Of a stretch of 64,000 nucleotides of DNA, positions 1 to 10,316 are shown one piece after another. The DNA is taken from the NCBI GenBank assembly GCA_018819225.1, contig JAHJQN010000005.1, positions 32,001-96,000 on the forward strand, written 5' to 3'. The DNA comes from Candidatus Micrarchaeota archaeon (GTDB lineage Archaea; Micrarchaeota; Micrarchaeia; Norongarragalinales; SBBD01). The first letter of the stretch is position 1. The number at the start of each line of letters is the position of its first letter. Below the pieces are notes generated by a model. It did not search any database, was not told the DNA's origin, and saw only the letters and a program-made list of their open reading frames with translations. A program made the translations under genes and the position numbers.

Positions 1-2746
1 TGAAACAGCCTTGACCGTTCAACGTATCATAAACGCCCCACCATTGCTGGGCCGCTCCGTCCAAATGGAGGTAGAACAGGTCTTGAGGCGTCAACAGGCC
101 TTGTTCCTCGTTGTGATAACCCCGCAAATTCAGGATTTCGTTGAGCTGCGCCACATCGGCTTTTTCCCCCAACCCGTACAACAAACTTGAGACGTTCAGG
201 CTCTTGAAGTTCTTGAGCGGGTCCAACTTGTCCTTGATGCTTCCGGACACGAGTCCCGGTGAAATCTTCTGGTACGCCATGATCTTGTAAGACGTGTCCT
301 TGCACGTGGTCGCGTACTCCATGGCTTGGCTTCCCACAACGGTCTTGCCCATTTGCACGGGATCGATGAGCAGCAATCCCTTATACACTCTCCCGAGCGC
401 TTTCTCGAACATGCCATAGCCCGGTTGCGACGGATTGATGAGCTTTCCATATTCTGTACGCAAGTTTGTTTTTTCCTGGACTGCCTTCCCGACTCTTGCA
501 ATGTCTATGTTTAATTTATCCAATTGCGAGAAAGAGCCGGTCAGTGAAGGATGAAGTGTAGCATCTCGAAGAATGTCGCTTTGACCGGGAGCGATTCGAT
601 TCGCATCGGCATAGGATTGAATCTGGTGGGAAATATCGAGTTGTTCACGACGTACGGTACCGGCCTGTTGCATCAATTTCGGAATCTCTTCATCCAAATC
701 GGCATGGCGTTGCGAGGCATACACTTGTGACTGGATTTTTTCCCACGATTTCAGACCGGATATAGGCGTGCCACCGGCTTCGGCGGCTTTAATGGCAGGA
801 GGCAAGCTTTTCTCCATACTTTTTGCGAGTAACAACTTGGCTTTACTCCCCAAAAAGGGAAGCAAATTACTGCTGGGATTCATGGTCAGGAAAACGGATT
901 GACCAATGGATAGCCCAGTCCAAAACTTGTACCAGTTCAAGAAATCGTCCATATCCTCATCGTTGCACAGTTCATCTTGAGAAAACTGCGTGGGGTCCAC
1001 GAATCCGGTAATCACAAGATCAGCAATACCCAAACGACCGAGGGTCGCGACGGAGACCGGAAGATATTCAGCGGAAGCCCGGAAAATCGCCATATTCAAG
1101 AATGCGGCAGCAATCGTGAGAGCGCGATAGTATTTCGCCATGTCCTCGCGGTTCTTCAACGTGGTTCCTAGAGCTAAGTTGTTGCTGTAAAGCGCGAGAC
1201 TCGTATAATCCCGTTGCGCGCGAATGTCTTCGAACACCGTATTTTCCGAGCGGCCAGTCCACGCGACGCGAATATTCCAACCCTCATCCCCGCGACTGAA
1301 ACTCGTCACGCTTCCTGAGCTCAATTGCTCAGGAGTCACGTCGCGGTTGATGAAGAACATTTTGCCGGCACGAAATGCCTTCCGGGGAGCGCCCCCTTCG
1401 ATGAAATCGGAAATAAAGTCGGTTGCTAGACCGGTCCCGAATACGTCGGTTCGCGTGCGGAATTCCTCCGCGAATTGATCATTGTTAACGTATAATTGCA
1501 AGTAATTGTCATTCCATTTAGGATCGGATGATATCGATGACAGAATGATTTGGTTGCTGGCAGATAACCCGAAGCGCGCAGGTCCGAGCCAACCAACACC
1601 GTACAAGAAGATGAAAATAGGTCGGTTGAAGTTCACGGCAGAAGCGAAATTGATTTTTCGGAGGTCACGCTCCATGCGTAATATTTCCGCATCGTAGTCC
1701 AGTTCTCTTAATCGAATCGCTTCAGTACTGGGACCTTGCCCGAAGCTTCCTGATGATTTCGCGAGACGTTCGTGCGATTCCTTCAATTCCTTGATCTCTT
1801 GCTTGAGACCAGTGGGACTGGTTTTGGCGAGCGCAATGCTGGCTGCACCTAAAATGGAGGCCCACATTTCGTACGAGTTCCATTGTCCAATCGTATTTAC
1901 CGCTTTTTCGTAGTTGCGCGGCAGAATCATGGTTCCGGCATAATTGTTTAGAGCAACCGTTGTGGATTGGGAAGTCAAGTGCTGATTGCTTTTCATGGCC
2001 GTAGGCGATTGATCGAATCCGACGAACAAGTCTTTGTCCAGCAAGGCCATGAACGTGGTTTTTCCTTGAATGTGCGTTCGATCCAACAAACAATTGTTGT
2101 CCTTGTTTTGCGGAACCAGGTTCATGATCTCAAAAAGCGGAACTTCTTCTCCGGAAGGAAGCAAGACCTTGAATTGCTCGTAAGGCTGGGAATCCACCTT
2201 GGGTTTTCCGGAAATGCCGGATACTCCGGATAGAATTTGGCCGATGGTATCCGCGCGAGCCGGGTCTTGCGAGGCAATCGCCCTCATCTGTTCGAAGGTG
2301 AGAACGCCGTATTCTGGGTCTACATTGAACTCTTTTGCAAGCTTTTCACGGTCTTCATCCGAATATCCGAGAGCGTCCGTAATGGTTTTTATCGGGTAAA
2401 TGGCTTGCTGGGCGACGTTGACGTTGATGTTCAGGACTTGATCGGTCTGCGTCTTGTTCGCGGGATTGTATTCACGCAGTTTTTCTTCGGGAACCGACGA
2501 GATTTCCTGGGTCTGAAAGTCCTTGAGCAAGTCCAGGAAACGATTGTATTCGTTCACGTCCATTTGCTTGAGGTTGCAAGAGTACGAACGGGGAATCGTC
2601 GTGACGATGGGCGCGGTGGTCGGAGGAGTCGTGGGAGTAGGAGAAGCGAACGACAGCGACTCCGCGTACACGAATGGGGCGTTCATCTGGAGGACGAGAA
2701 ACAAGGAAATGACGAAGGTGAATACCTTGCTGACTGCGGGCCGCAT
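1..2746 (-). CDS. Large exported/membrane protein, >915 aa, C-terminus beyond the window edge (not in ORF track)
   Basis: Manual translation: open from ATG at 2746 (MRPAVSKVFTFVISLFLVLQMNAPFVYA, signal-peptide-like, then SPTPTTPPTT) to base 1 with no stop; several internal hydrophobic segments. Confidence 0.85.
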   Translation of the reverse strand, partial: MRPAVSKVFTFVISLFLVLQMNAPFVYAESLSFASPTPTTPPTTAPIVTTIPRSYSCNLKQMDVNEYNRFLDLLKDFQTQEISSVPEEKLREYNPANKTQTDQVLNINVNVAQQAIYPIKTITDALGYSDEDREKLAKEFNVDPEYGVLTFEQMRAIASQDPARADTIGQILSGVSGISGKPKVDSQPYEQFKVLLPSGEEVPLFEIMNLVPQNKDNNCLLDRTHIQGKTTFMALLDKDLFVGFDQSPTAMKSNQHLTSQSTTVALNNYAGTMILPRNYEKAVNTIGQWNSYEMWASILGAASIALAKTSPTGLKQEIKELKESHERLAKSSGSFGQGPSTEAIRLRELDYDAEILRMERDLRKINFASAVNFNRPIFIFLYGVGWLGPARFGLSASNQIILSSISSDPKWNDNYLQLYVNNDQFAEEFRTRTDVFGTGLATDFISDFIEGGAPRKAFRAGKMFFINRDVTPEQLSSGSVTSFSRGDEGWNIRVAWTGRSENTVFEDIRAQRDYTSLALYSNNLALGTTLKNREDMAKYYRALTIAAAFLNMAIFRASAEYLPVSVATLGRLGIADLVITGFVDPTQFSQDELCNDEDMDDFLNWYKFWTGLSIGQSVFLTMNPSSNLLPFLGSKAKLLLAKSMEKSLPPAIKAAEAGGTPISGLKSWEKIQSQVYASQRHADLDEEIPKLMQQAGTVRREQLDISHQIQSYADANRIAPGQSDILRDATLHPSLTGSFSQLDKLNIDIARVGKAVQEKTNLRTEYGKLINPSQPGYGMFEKALGRVYKGLLLIDPVQMGKTVVGSQAMEYATTCKDTSYKIMAYQKISPGLVSGSIKDKLDPLKNFKSLNVSSLLYGLGEKADVAQLNEILNLRGYHNEEQGLLTPQDLFYLHLDGAAQQWWGVYDTLNGQGCF

Positions 2747-2937
2747 AAACCAACCAACGATTTGAAGCAAGGGTTAATATAAAATGGTTACTGCCTTTGA
2801 AGCGGAAAAACGGCTGAAATAGCGGAAAATAGGGGGGTCGAAGTGGCAATATTTAAAAATTCACTGTTCCTGTAACTAATTCGCTCTGTAAAACAGCGAA
2901 TGAAGAAAGGGTTGAAACTTATTCTTGGGTGAGTAGA

Positions 2938-4029
2938 ATGGAGGGAATCGTATCAGATGCTTTGAAGCACGCGCAAACGGGTAAAATCGAAAACGAAGAG
3001 TACTTCGAAACCCCGCGCATTATGGTGATTGGTAGCGGGGGCGCCGGATGCAATTCGGTTAACCGGTTGGCTAAAGCCGGTATTAAGGGCGCGGAACTCG
3101 TGTCCATTAACACGGACCGCATGCATTTGACCATGATCTCGGAATCCGTCAAGAAAATTCTTATTGGCGCGAGCATCACCCGAGGACTCGGAGCAGGCGG
3201 TTACCCGGAAGTGGGAGCCAAATGCGCGGACGTCAGCCGCGATGCGCTTGAAAAACTCTTGAATGGTGCGGACCTCGTCTTCCTCACGTGCGGAATGGGC
3301 GGAGGAACCGGAACGGGAAGCGCGCCCATCATCGCGGAAATCGCTAAAAATCAAGGCGCGATCGTCATAGCCATTGTGACGTATCCGTTCGCGTTGGAAC
3401 GCGCGCGATTAGAGAAAGCGGATGCGGGTATTGAAGCATTGAAGGCGCAAGCCGATACCATTATCGTGATTGATAACAACCGGCTCGTGCAAATTGTTCC
3501 GAACCTGCCGATCGACCAGGCGTTCAACGTGGCGGACGAGATCATCGCCCGCGCCGTACGCGGCATCACGGAAACCATCACCACGCCGTCACTCATCAAC
3601 CTCGACTTCGCGGACGTGCGCGCCATCATGAGCAACGGAGGCGTCAGCATGATCGCCGTCGGCGAATCCAAGGGAACCGGGCGCGCGGAAGAAGTCGTCA
3701 GCAACACCCTCAACCACTCGCTATTGGACGTGGACTACTCGGGGGCGACGGGCGTGCTCTTGCACATTACGGGAGGCCCGGACATGACGCTCGGAGAATG
3801 CAATCAAATCGGGGAATCGTTAACGGAGCGAGTGGATCCGAACGCGACCGTCATCTGGGGTTCGCGGTTGGACCCGAACTTTGAAGGAAAAATTGAAGCG
3901 ATTGCCATCTTTACGGGCATTCAGAGCCCGTACGTGCTCGGAAAAGCGGGCAAGCCCGCATCGTTTTCTGCCACGGCTTCCAGAGGAAAATCGGGAAGCA
4001 TGGGCATGGACGACGTCGAATTCATCTAG
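2938..4029 (+). CDS. ftsZ: Cell division GTPase FtsZ
   Basis: GGAGCN, GAGG, GGGTGTG tubulin signature, NLDFADV. Confidence 0.98.
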   Translation: MEGIVSDALKHAQTGKIENEEYFETPRIMVIGSGGAGCNSVNRLAKAGIKGAELVSINTDRMHLTMISESVKKILIGASITRGLGAGGYPEVGAKCADVSRDALEKLLNGADLVFLTCGMGGGTGTGSAPIIAEIAKNQGAIVIAIVTYPFALERARLEKADAGIEALKAQADTIIVIDNNRLVQIVPNLPIDQAFNVADEIIARAVRGITETITTPSLINLDFADVRAIMSNGGVSMIAVGESKGTGRAEEVVSNTLNHSLLDVDYSGATGVLLHITGGPDMTLGECNQIGESLTERVDPNATVIWGSRLDPNFEGKIEAIAIFTGIQSPYVLGKAGKPASFSATASRGKSGSMGMDDVEFI

Positions 4030-4066
4030 AATCCGGCGCCTTTGTTTTTAGAACGAGTAGCGCGAG

Positions 4067-4708
4067 CTATTTCGATGCGGAAAGAACGCGAGACGCGAAT
4101 TCCTCGAGAGTAAAGAGCACGTGCTCTCCTTTTTTTTCCTTCTTTCGGTCCAGATAAAACGCATGCACGCCCACTTTCCTCGGAATTTGATAATCAAATT
4201 CCCAGTGATCCCCGACGTGAACGAGTTCGTGAGGTTGAATGTTAAGTTGATCCAACACGCACTGAAATCCCTGATGCTTCAATGCCTTGAAATCCGTTGG
4301 AAGCGAGTACACGTGCTGGAAATGCGCCTGCAGACCATCCACGCGAATCTTGAATTGAATGAAATCGCGCGTCGCATTCGAGATCACGATCAACGGAAAT
4401 TGTTTTCCGAGCTTTTCGAGAGCCGGAAGCGTGTCCGGATACAGGCGAATCACGTGGCTCACGTCCCGAAGGGCCTCTAAAGGATCGGCTTTAAGTTTAA
4501 AACGTCGGAACCAGTGCCGAATGTCGTACCATTCCACGCGCTCATCTCCAACCGCCGCGAATTCCCGGTTCACGAATTGCAACGCCTCATTGAATGACAA
4601 ACCGTATTGCTCGGCATACAAACGCGGGATCTCTTTCCGCCAGACCAGCGTTTCGAAATTGAGGTCTGCGAGCGTACCGTCTAAATCAAACGAAACGTAT
4701 CGGATCAT
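4067..4708 (-). CDS. HAD-family hydrolase
   Basis: FDLDGTL motif I, ISN motif II, HVGDHWEFD motif IV. Confidence 0.9.
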   Translation of the reverse strand: MIRYVSFDLDGTLADLNFETLVWRKEIPRLYAEQYGLSFNEALQFVNREFAAVGDERVEWYDIRHWFRRFKLKADPLEALRDVSHVIRLYPDTLPALEKLGKQFPLIVISNATRDFIQFKIRVDGLQAHFQHVYSLPTDFKALKHQGFQCVLDQLNIQPHELVHVGDHWEFDYQIPRKVGVHAFYLDRKKEKKGEHVLFTLEEFASRVLSASK

Positions 4709-4754
4709 AAATTCTTCCTCAATTCTCGTCAATCATTCATTTCCAGTTCAAGTC

Positions 4755-5222
4755 CTAGAACGAGAACTCGTCTTCGGAATAGACTTTCTCACAGTAATCG
4801 CATTGAAGCTTCAACGGCGAGTGCTCCCGTATGTGCAGGCGCGGCCGGCCTTCCTTGTTCGAGATACACGTCGGATTCGGGCACGGCACCACGTCCTCCA
4901 CCACCTCCGGTAATTTCGCCTTGAATTTCTGAGCCACCACGTACCCCCGGATCACGTTCAACGTGGCACTGGGGGCCACTAAGGCAATGCGCTCTAATTC
5001 GCGTTCGGATAGCTCGCGGCCTTCGATCTTGATGATGTCCTTCAAACCCGTGCTGGAGCTGGGCACGTTCATCAGCAAACTGACCGTGGCTTGATTCGAT
5101 TCATCCAACCCGAGAATGCGGGCAACGCGCAAGCTGTTTCCTTGCGGAATATGATCGATAACGATGCCGCTCTCGATTTTTCGGACGCGCAAGAATTCGT
5201 CTTTTTGAGTATCAGGGGTCAT
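4755..5222 (-). CDS. pyrI: Aspartate carbamoyltransferase regulatory subunit
   Basis: GIVIDHI, KDIIKIEG, CPNPTCIS...CDYCEK zinc site; follows pyrB. Confidence 0.97.
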   Translation of the reverse strand: MTPDTQKDEFLRVRKIESGIVIDHIPQGNSLRVARILGLDESNQATVSLLMNVPSSSTGLKDIIKIEGRELSERELERIALVAPSATLNVIRGYVVAQKFKAKLPEVVEDVVPCPNPTCISNKEGRPRLHIREHSPLKLQCDYCEKVYSEDEFSF

Positions 5223-6139
5223 GAACGATCGCCTAGAATCATGGATAAAACAGCCATGCGCACCGGAACCCCGTTCGATTCCTGCTCCAAGTATTTCGCT
5301 CGGGGATCGCGATCCACTTCAACGGCAATTTCGTCGACGCGAGGCAGGGGATGCATGAGAATCGCATCCTCTTTAGCGTGCTTCATGACCTCCAAATCGA
5401 TGCGGTAAGAGGCTTTACGGTATTCTTCGGGATCCGAAATGCGCTCTTTCTGTATGCGGGTCGCATAGATGACGTCCGCGTCCGCTAAGTTCATGGAATC
5501 CAGCTCTTGCACCTTCACGAACTCCCGCAAGTCTTTCAACATGAATGAGGGCATGCGGAGCGTGGACGGCGAGTAAAACTGGAGCGTGATGCCGTCGAAT
5601 TTGGATAAGGCATAGGCAAGGGAGTGAACGGTTCGTCCGTATTTCAAATCACCGGCCAGCAATACGGTGAGGCCATCCAGTTTTTTCTTGTTTTGTTGAA
5701 TCGTGAATAAATCGAGCAGAGCCTGCGTAGGATGCTGATTGTTGCCATCGCCCGCGTTGATGACCGGCACGTCCGTGTTGGCAGCCGCCCATGCGGCAGC
5801 CCCTTCGTTCGGGTGCCGTATAACAAATACATCGACTTGCGTTTCAAGCGCCTTGACGGTGTCGTACAGGCTTTCCCCTTTCGCGGATGAAGAGGTTTTG
5901 GGATCGCCGAACGCCGTTTCTTCCCCGCCTAATAATCGCATCGCGGACTTGAAAGAGACGCGCGTGCGCGTCGAAGGCTCGAAAAACAAAGAGGCCATGA
6001 CCGTGCCATTTAACGTCGTCGAGCGTTGTTTCTTGCGGAACGCCACATTCATTTTTTCTGCCGTGGCGAGAACGGATTCCATGGCTTCGCGCTCCCAGTT
6101 CATCGTCGAAATGACGTCCTGACCTTTCCACGCATTCAT
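5219..6139 (-). CDS. pyrB: Aspartate carbamoyltransferase catalytic subunit
   Basis: FFEPSTRTRVSF, HPTQALLD, GDLKYGRTVHSL, MHPLPR. Confidence 0.98.
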   Translation of the reverse strand: MNAWKGQDVISTMNWEREAMESVLATAEKMNVAFRKKQRSTTLNGTVMASLFFEPSTRTRVSFKSAMRLLGGEETAFGDPKTSSSAKGESLYDTVKALETQVDVFVIRHPNEGAAAWAAANTDVPVINAGDGNNQHPTQALLDLFTIQQNKKKLDGLTVLLAGDLKYGRTVHSLAYALSKFDGITLQFYSPSTLRMPSFMLKDLREFVKVQELDSMNLADADVIYATRIQKERISDPEEYRKASYRIDLEVMKHAKEDAILMHPLPRVDEIAVEVDRDPRAKYLEQESNGVPVRMAVLSMILGDRS

Positions 6140-6219
6140 GAATAGCCCCCTCAAGATTCGTTCAAGAGCACTAGAACATAACAAGGCAAGACAATGCTTT
6201 TAATCCTTCGGTGGACCCG

Positions 6220-7524
6220 TCAAAGCAAATCTTTCGCCACGATGCTCAGCACCTCGACTTCCCTGCGAAATTGGTGGGCGTGACGTAATGCAATGGCTTG
6301 CGCCACACTCGGCGCGAGTTCCTCGCCTTCCCGGAATCCGCGCTTGCGGGCGTACGCCAGAATCTCGTCCGATATGGTTTTTCCTGAAGACAGCATTTCG
6401 CGGAAGGGCTGCGCAAACATCGCTGAACCGTGATCTTTTTGGAAAGAGTATGCGAGCTTATGGAATGCCGTACAATACGCGCGCACGCGTGCATCCTCTA
6501 ATCCGTTCAGAGCCACCGCGGGAAGCAGCGTATTGGTGATATAGGAATGAGGAGGCACCAAGAGCACGTGGCCATCGAACTTGAACGGTTTCCGGATGCC
6601 GTCGTCGCTGGGACGCACCACAATCTCTTTCGCGTAAATGCGCTTGAGCACGGCGTTCAAGGCCGAAGAGGCGCCTAGCAAGACGCGCGGATGATTCGCG
6701 TCCATGCCGCGTTGTTCAATGGTTCCGAGTTTGTTGATGCGAACGGGACCCCAGAAAAAATTAAAGGGATTCGCGTTGCGGACGGATAAGGGCACTTTGC
6801 CCATCACCTCCCTAACGTTCGAAATGAATCGTTTTTTTCGGGTAGCCGTTAAATGATTCAAATCCGTCAACGTGGACGCGTAACGAGGCAAGCGGCCGAA
6901 TTCCGTCAATTCGTGGTAGACTCCCGCCAAATGCGAATGCTTCAAATCGCGGTATAAGAGCATGCGCGCATCCTTTCCAACATGTCGTCCTTCATAAAAG
7001 GGCGAGGATTGCAGGAAACAACTGACTGCAGGATCCGCGGCAATCAAGAAATTGTATTGCGAGATGACGGTGCGACGCGTCTCAGGTCCCTTGTAAATGC
7101 GCAGTAGCTTATCCTTATACAACATGGCGCCTTTCGGGAGATCGATGTGAAAATGAAAACCGCATACGCGTGACGCATACTGGCGAAACGCGGGTCCTAA
7201 TACCGCGTCTTGCACGCGGTACCACGGCTTGTTGACCATGAACGGCTCGGAACGACCGGGGTACGTGCCCAAAGGAAGCAGGTAGCCATCGCCTTTCAAC
7301 ATTTTCTCCACGCGGTTTACGTGGTAAAATAAATTGCGAATGGAACCCAGGGAACGCGCGTGGGGCATGGAATTGAATTCGAGCATGGAGTCCCCGACTT
7401 CCATAACAAACGGTTTTCGGGACTTGAAGCGTTTATGAATCCGACGCGCCCCGTTCATGAGGTTTCCGTCATCATCAATCAGGAATACTTCGAGTTCGAA
7501 ACCTACGGTGTGTCGTTTCATCAA
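6220..7524 (-). CDS. Glutamate-cysteine ligase family 2 (GCS2/YbdK-like) carboxylate-amine ligase
   Basis: VGFELEVFLID, MLEFNS, CGFHFH, SSPFYEG, WGPVR...GTIEQRGMD. Confidence 0.75.
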   Translation of the reverse strand: MMKRHTVGFELEVFLIDDDGNLMNGARRIHKRFKSRKPFVMEVGDSMLEFNSMPHARSLGSIRNLFYHVNRVEKMLKGDGYLLPLGTYPGRSEPFMVNKPWYRVQDAVLGPAFRQYASRVCGFHFHIDLPKGAMLYKDKLLRIYKGPETRRTVISQYNFLIAADPAVSCFLQSSPFYEGRHVGKDARMLLYRDLKHSHLAGVYHELTEFGRLPRYASTLTDLNHLTATRKKRFISNVREVMGKVPLSVRNANPFNFFWGPVRINKLGTIEQRGMDANHPRVLLGASSALNAVLKRIYAKEIVVRPSDDGIRKPFKFDGHVLLVPPHSYITNTLLPAVALNGLEDARVRAYCTAFHKLAYSFQKDHGSAMFAQPFREMLSSGKTISDEILAYARKRGFREGEELAPSVAQAIALRHAHQFRREVEVLSIVAKDLL

Positions 7525-7590
7525 TGCCCCTCTTTTACAAAAATTGCGCGAAGGAGTATAATAAGGGAATCGGCCATCAGAAAAAAAGAC

Positions 7591-9024
7591 TCATCCTTTG
7601 ACGACGCCGAGAGGCACCAATCGAGCCACGGGTTTGCTGATTCCCGCCATGTGCACGGCTTTAACGACTTCGTCCACGTCCTTGTACGCGCCGCCCGCCT
7701 CCTCCGCCAGTGAACGCCAGGAAGTGGCGCGAACCGCCTGCCCTTTTTCCTCCATTTCTTTTTGCAATTGTTCTCCGCGGAAGCTTCGCAATGCTTGCTT
7801 ACGGGACATGACCCGCCCGGCTCCATGACACGAACTCCCAAAACTTTCTTTCGCACCAGGAAGGCCGACTAAAACGTAGGAAGCGGTATTCATGCTTCCG
7901 GGAATGATCACGGGTTGGCCGACGTTCCGGTAAGCAGTGGGAATTTCTTTGCGTCCTTTCCAGAACGCACGGGTCGCCCCCTTGCGGTGGATGCACACTT
8001 CCTGCATTTTTCCGTTGACTTCGTGTTCCTCGAATTTGGCGATGTTGTGGCAAACGTCGTACACGAGCTCCATGCCCAAGGACTCCCACGACTGCTTGAA
8101 GACGGATGCAAAGGTTTCGCGGGCCCAATGCGCCATGTAATGGCGATTACAGAATGCATAGTTGATGGCCGCGCGCATTTGTTTCAAATAATTTTGGGCT
8201 TCCGGAGAGGAAACGGGCGCGCAGCATAACTCGGGATCCGGCAAAGAAATGCCGTACTTTTTAGCGGCTTGCAACATGACGCGCAAGTTGTCGTCGCAAA
8301 CTTGGTGCCCGAAACCCCGCGAACCCGAGTGAATCATCATGGTAATCTGTCCTTCATGCGTCAAGCCGAACGCCTTCGCGGTTTCCGCATCATAGATGCG
8401 GTCGATTTTCTGCACTTCCGCGAAGTGGTTTCCGCTGCCGAGCGTACCGAACTGGGGTTTGCCGCGCTTGCGCGCCTTATCGGAAAGCAAGGAAAAATCC
8501 GCGCCTTCAAACACGCCGTTTTCCTCGCAATGCTCGGCATCCGCGGGCACCCCAAAACCCTGTTCGATGGGATACTGAACACCGGCCGTCACCGCCTCCT
8601 CAAGTTCTTGTTCCGTTAAGCGGACGCGTCCTTTCGTGCCGACTCCGCACGGAATGTTTTGAAAAAGCCCGTTCACGATTTCCTTGAGCCTGGGCTTCAC
8701 ATCCTCTTCAGAAAGACTCGTGCGCAGCAAACGCACGCCGCAATTAATGTCGTAACCCACGCCGCCCGGCGAAATCACGCCGTCCTCCATCGAAAACGCA
8801 GCCACGCCTCCAATGGGAAATCCGTATCCTTCATGGCCGTCGGGCATGACTTGAGCGGCCTCTAAAATTCCGGGCAGCTTCGCCACATTGGATGCTTGCC
8901 AGAGCGTGCGATCCGAATGCAATTTGTTCAGCATTTGAGGCGTGGAATAAACGCGCACGGGAACGCGCATGCCGTCCACTGCAGGCGCTTCGTATACTCC
9001 GTTTCGAATGAGTTTCAAATCCAT
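7591..9024 (-). CDS. rtcB: tRNA-splicing RNA ligase RtcB
   Basis: MPDGHEGYGFPIGGV, GYDINCGVR, GTLGSGNHF, HSGSRG, HNIAK, HRKGAT, HGAGR. Confidence 0.98.
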   Translation of the reverse strand: MDLKLIRNGVYEAPAVDGMRVPVRVYSTPQMLNKLHSDRTLWQASNVAKLPGILEAAQVMPDGHEGYGFPIGGVAAFSMEDGVISPGGVGYDINCGVRLLRTSLSEEDVKPRLKEIVNGLFQNIPCGVGTKGRVRLTEQELEEAVTAGVQYPIEQGFGVPADAEHCEENGVFEGADFSLLSDKARKRGKPQFGTLGSGNHFAEVQKIDRIYDAETAKAFGLTHEGQITMMIHSGSRGFGHQVCDDNLRVMLQAAKKYGISLPDPELCCAPVSSPEAQNYLKQMRAAINYAFCNRHYMAHWARETFASVFKQSWESLGMELVYDVCHNIAKFEEHEVNGKMQEVCIHRKGATRAFWKGRKEIPTAYRNVGQPVIIPGSMNTASYVLVGLPGAKESFGSSCHGAGRVMSRKQALRSFRGEQLQKEMEEKGQAVRATSWRSLAEEAGGAYKDVDEVVKAVHMAGISKPVARLVPLGVVKG

Positions 9025-9136
9025 GAGGTATATCCACCGGTCGCCCATCATCGTTCAATAAAAAAGGAGAACAGATTTATAGAAGAGAGCGTATTTTAAT
9101 GTTGTCTTGGTTATGCGCCTTCCAAAGGAAAAACCC

Positions 9137-9658
9137 ATGTTCAGAAAACGCTTCAGTATGGTTATGGCGTTGGCGCTATTGAGTACTGGATGCCTCATTA
9201 GCTTGGAAGGGACTCAACTTGAAAGCGATAAAACGAGTTATACCACTTCGGAAAACGTGTTGTTGAGTGCGAAAGGAGACGGATCGAAGTACGCGTGGCA
9301 AGGCAGTAATATCACGGAAATCCGGTATTATAATGCGCCGTACAACAAATGGATGGTTCTGGATTTGGGCGAGATTCCGAATCCTTATCAAGTCTGTTTG
9401 CCTTCCGGGACGTTGGTCGAACGCTTTGAGATGTACACGCCCGAAAACGAGAATTCGTGCAAGCGTCTATTGAATGCCGAATTTAGTTGGAACGGACTGC
9501 AGTTAATGAAACAAGAGCTTGATTGCAATGGCCAACCGTACACGCATTACCAGAAATTCGCGAAAAAAGGGAAATTCAAAGCCGTTCTTAAAACGTACAA
9601 CGACGCCGGTTGTTCTTCGCTGAATCAAACGCTGGAAGTGGAGTTTGAGGTTCAATAG
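9137..9658 (+). CDS. Hypothetical lipoprotein
   Basis: Basic N-terminus, hydrophobic stretch, lipobox-like LLSTGC; four further Cys. Confidence 0.7.
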   Translation: MFRKRFSMVMALALLSTGCLISLEGTQLESDKTSYTTSENVLLSAKGDGSKYAWQGSNITEIRYYNAPYNKWMVLDLGEIPNPYQVCLPSGTLVERFEMYTPENENSCKRLLNAEFSWNGLQLMKQELDCNGQPYTHYQKFAKKGKFKAVLKTYNDAGCSSLNQTLEVEFEVQ

Positions 9659-9670
9659 GCGTTCAGCGCG

Positions 9671-10105
9671 CTACGCTTTCTTGAGTTTAACGCGTTCGAG
9701 GATGATGGTGGGCGAGATTTTGGTGACGCCATCCATCACCGAAATTTTCTCGTTGATGAAGCGCGTCACCTCTTCTTGGTTATGCATCCACACTTCCATT
9801 AGCACCATGTGCTCGCCCGTTGAAGTTGCCAGATACGAGATTTCATTCAAACGGGCAAGCGCCTCCACGACTTTCAAAAACTTGAGCGGTTCGATATTCA
9901 AACCAATAAACGCCACGGAATCGAAACCGATCTTGCGAGGATCTACAATGGCTTGATACTGAAGGATCACGCCTTGTTTTTCAAGGTTTCGCACGCGATT
10001 CCGAACGGTGGCTTCGCTGACATCCAATTCCTCAGCGATCTTGAGGTATCGGACGCGACCATTTGAACGCAACGCCTTGACAATGCCTTGATCGAGTTCA
10101 TCCAC
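9671..10105 (-). CDS. Lrp/AsnC regulator, LrpA/Ptr2 type (paralog 1)
   Basis: MDELD, HTH IAEELDVSEATVRNRV, IVDPRKIG, STGEHM, ISPTIILE as in LrpA/Ptr2. Confidence 0.93.
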   Translation of the reverse strand: MDELDQGIVKALRSNGRVRYLKIAEELDVSEATVRNRVRNLEKQGVILQYQAIVDPRKIGFDSVAFIGLNIEPLKFLKVVEALARLNEISYLATSTGEHMVLMEVWMHNQEEVTRFINEKISVMDGVTKISPTIILERVKLKKA

Positions 10106-10316
10106 GAAGAATACCCAAAGCCCCTACAAATTGCGAATTCCGCAGGGTTGATACTGAATAACGAAAAAATATAAGCATTATTCTGAATTTCTTCAGAATT
10201 ATTCTAATTTTCGTCCCGTTTTCCATGAAGATTTACCGGAAATCTTAAAAAAACTATAAAATAAAAAAATTAAAAATATGAAAATGGCACTAAAAAGTGC
10301 CAATTTCATACTAAAA

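Noticed and set aside
27-2849. Numerous short track ORFs, e.g. 2237-2782 (+)
   Set aside because: Shadows of the single large minus-strand ORF 1-2746
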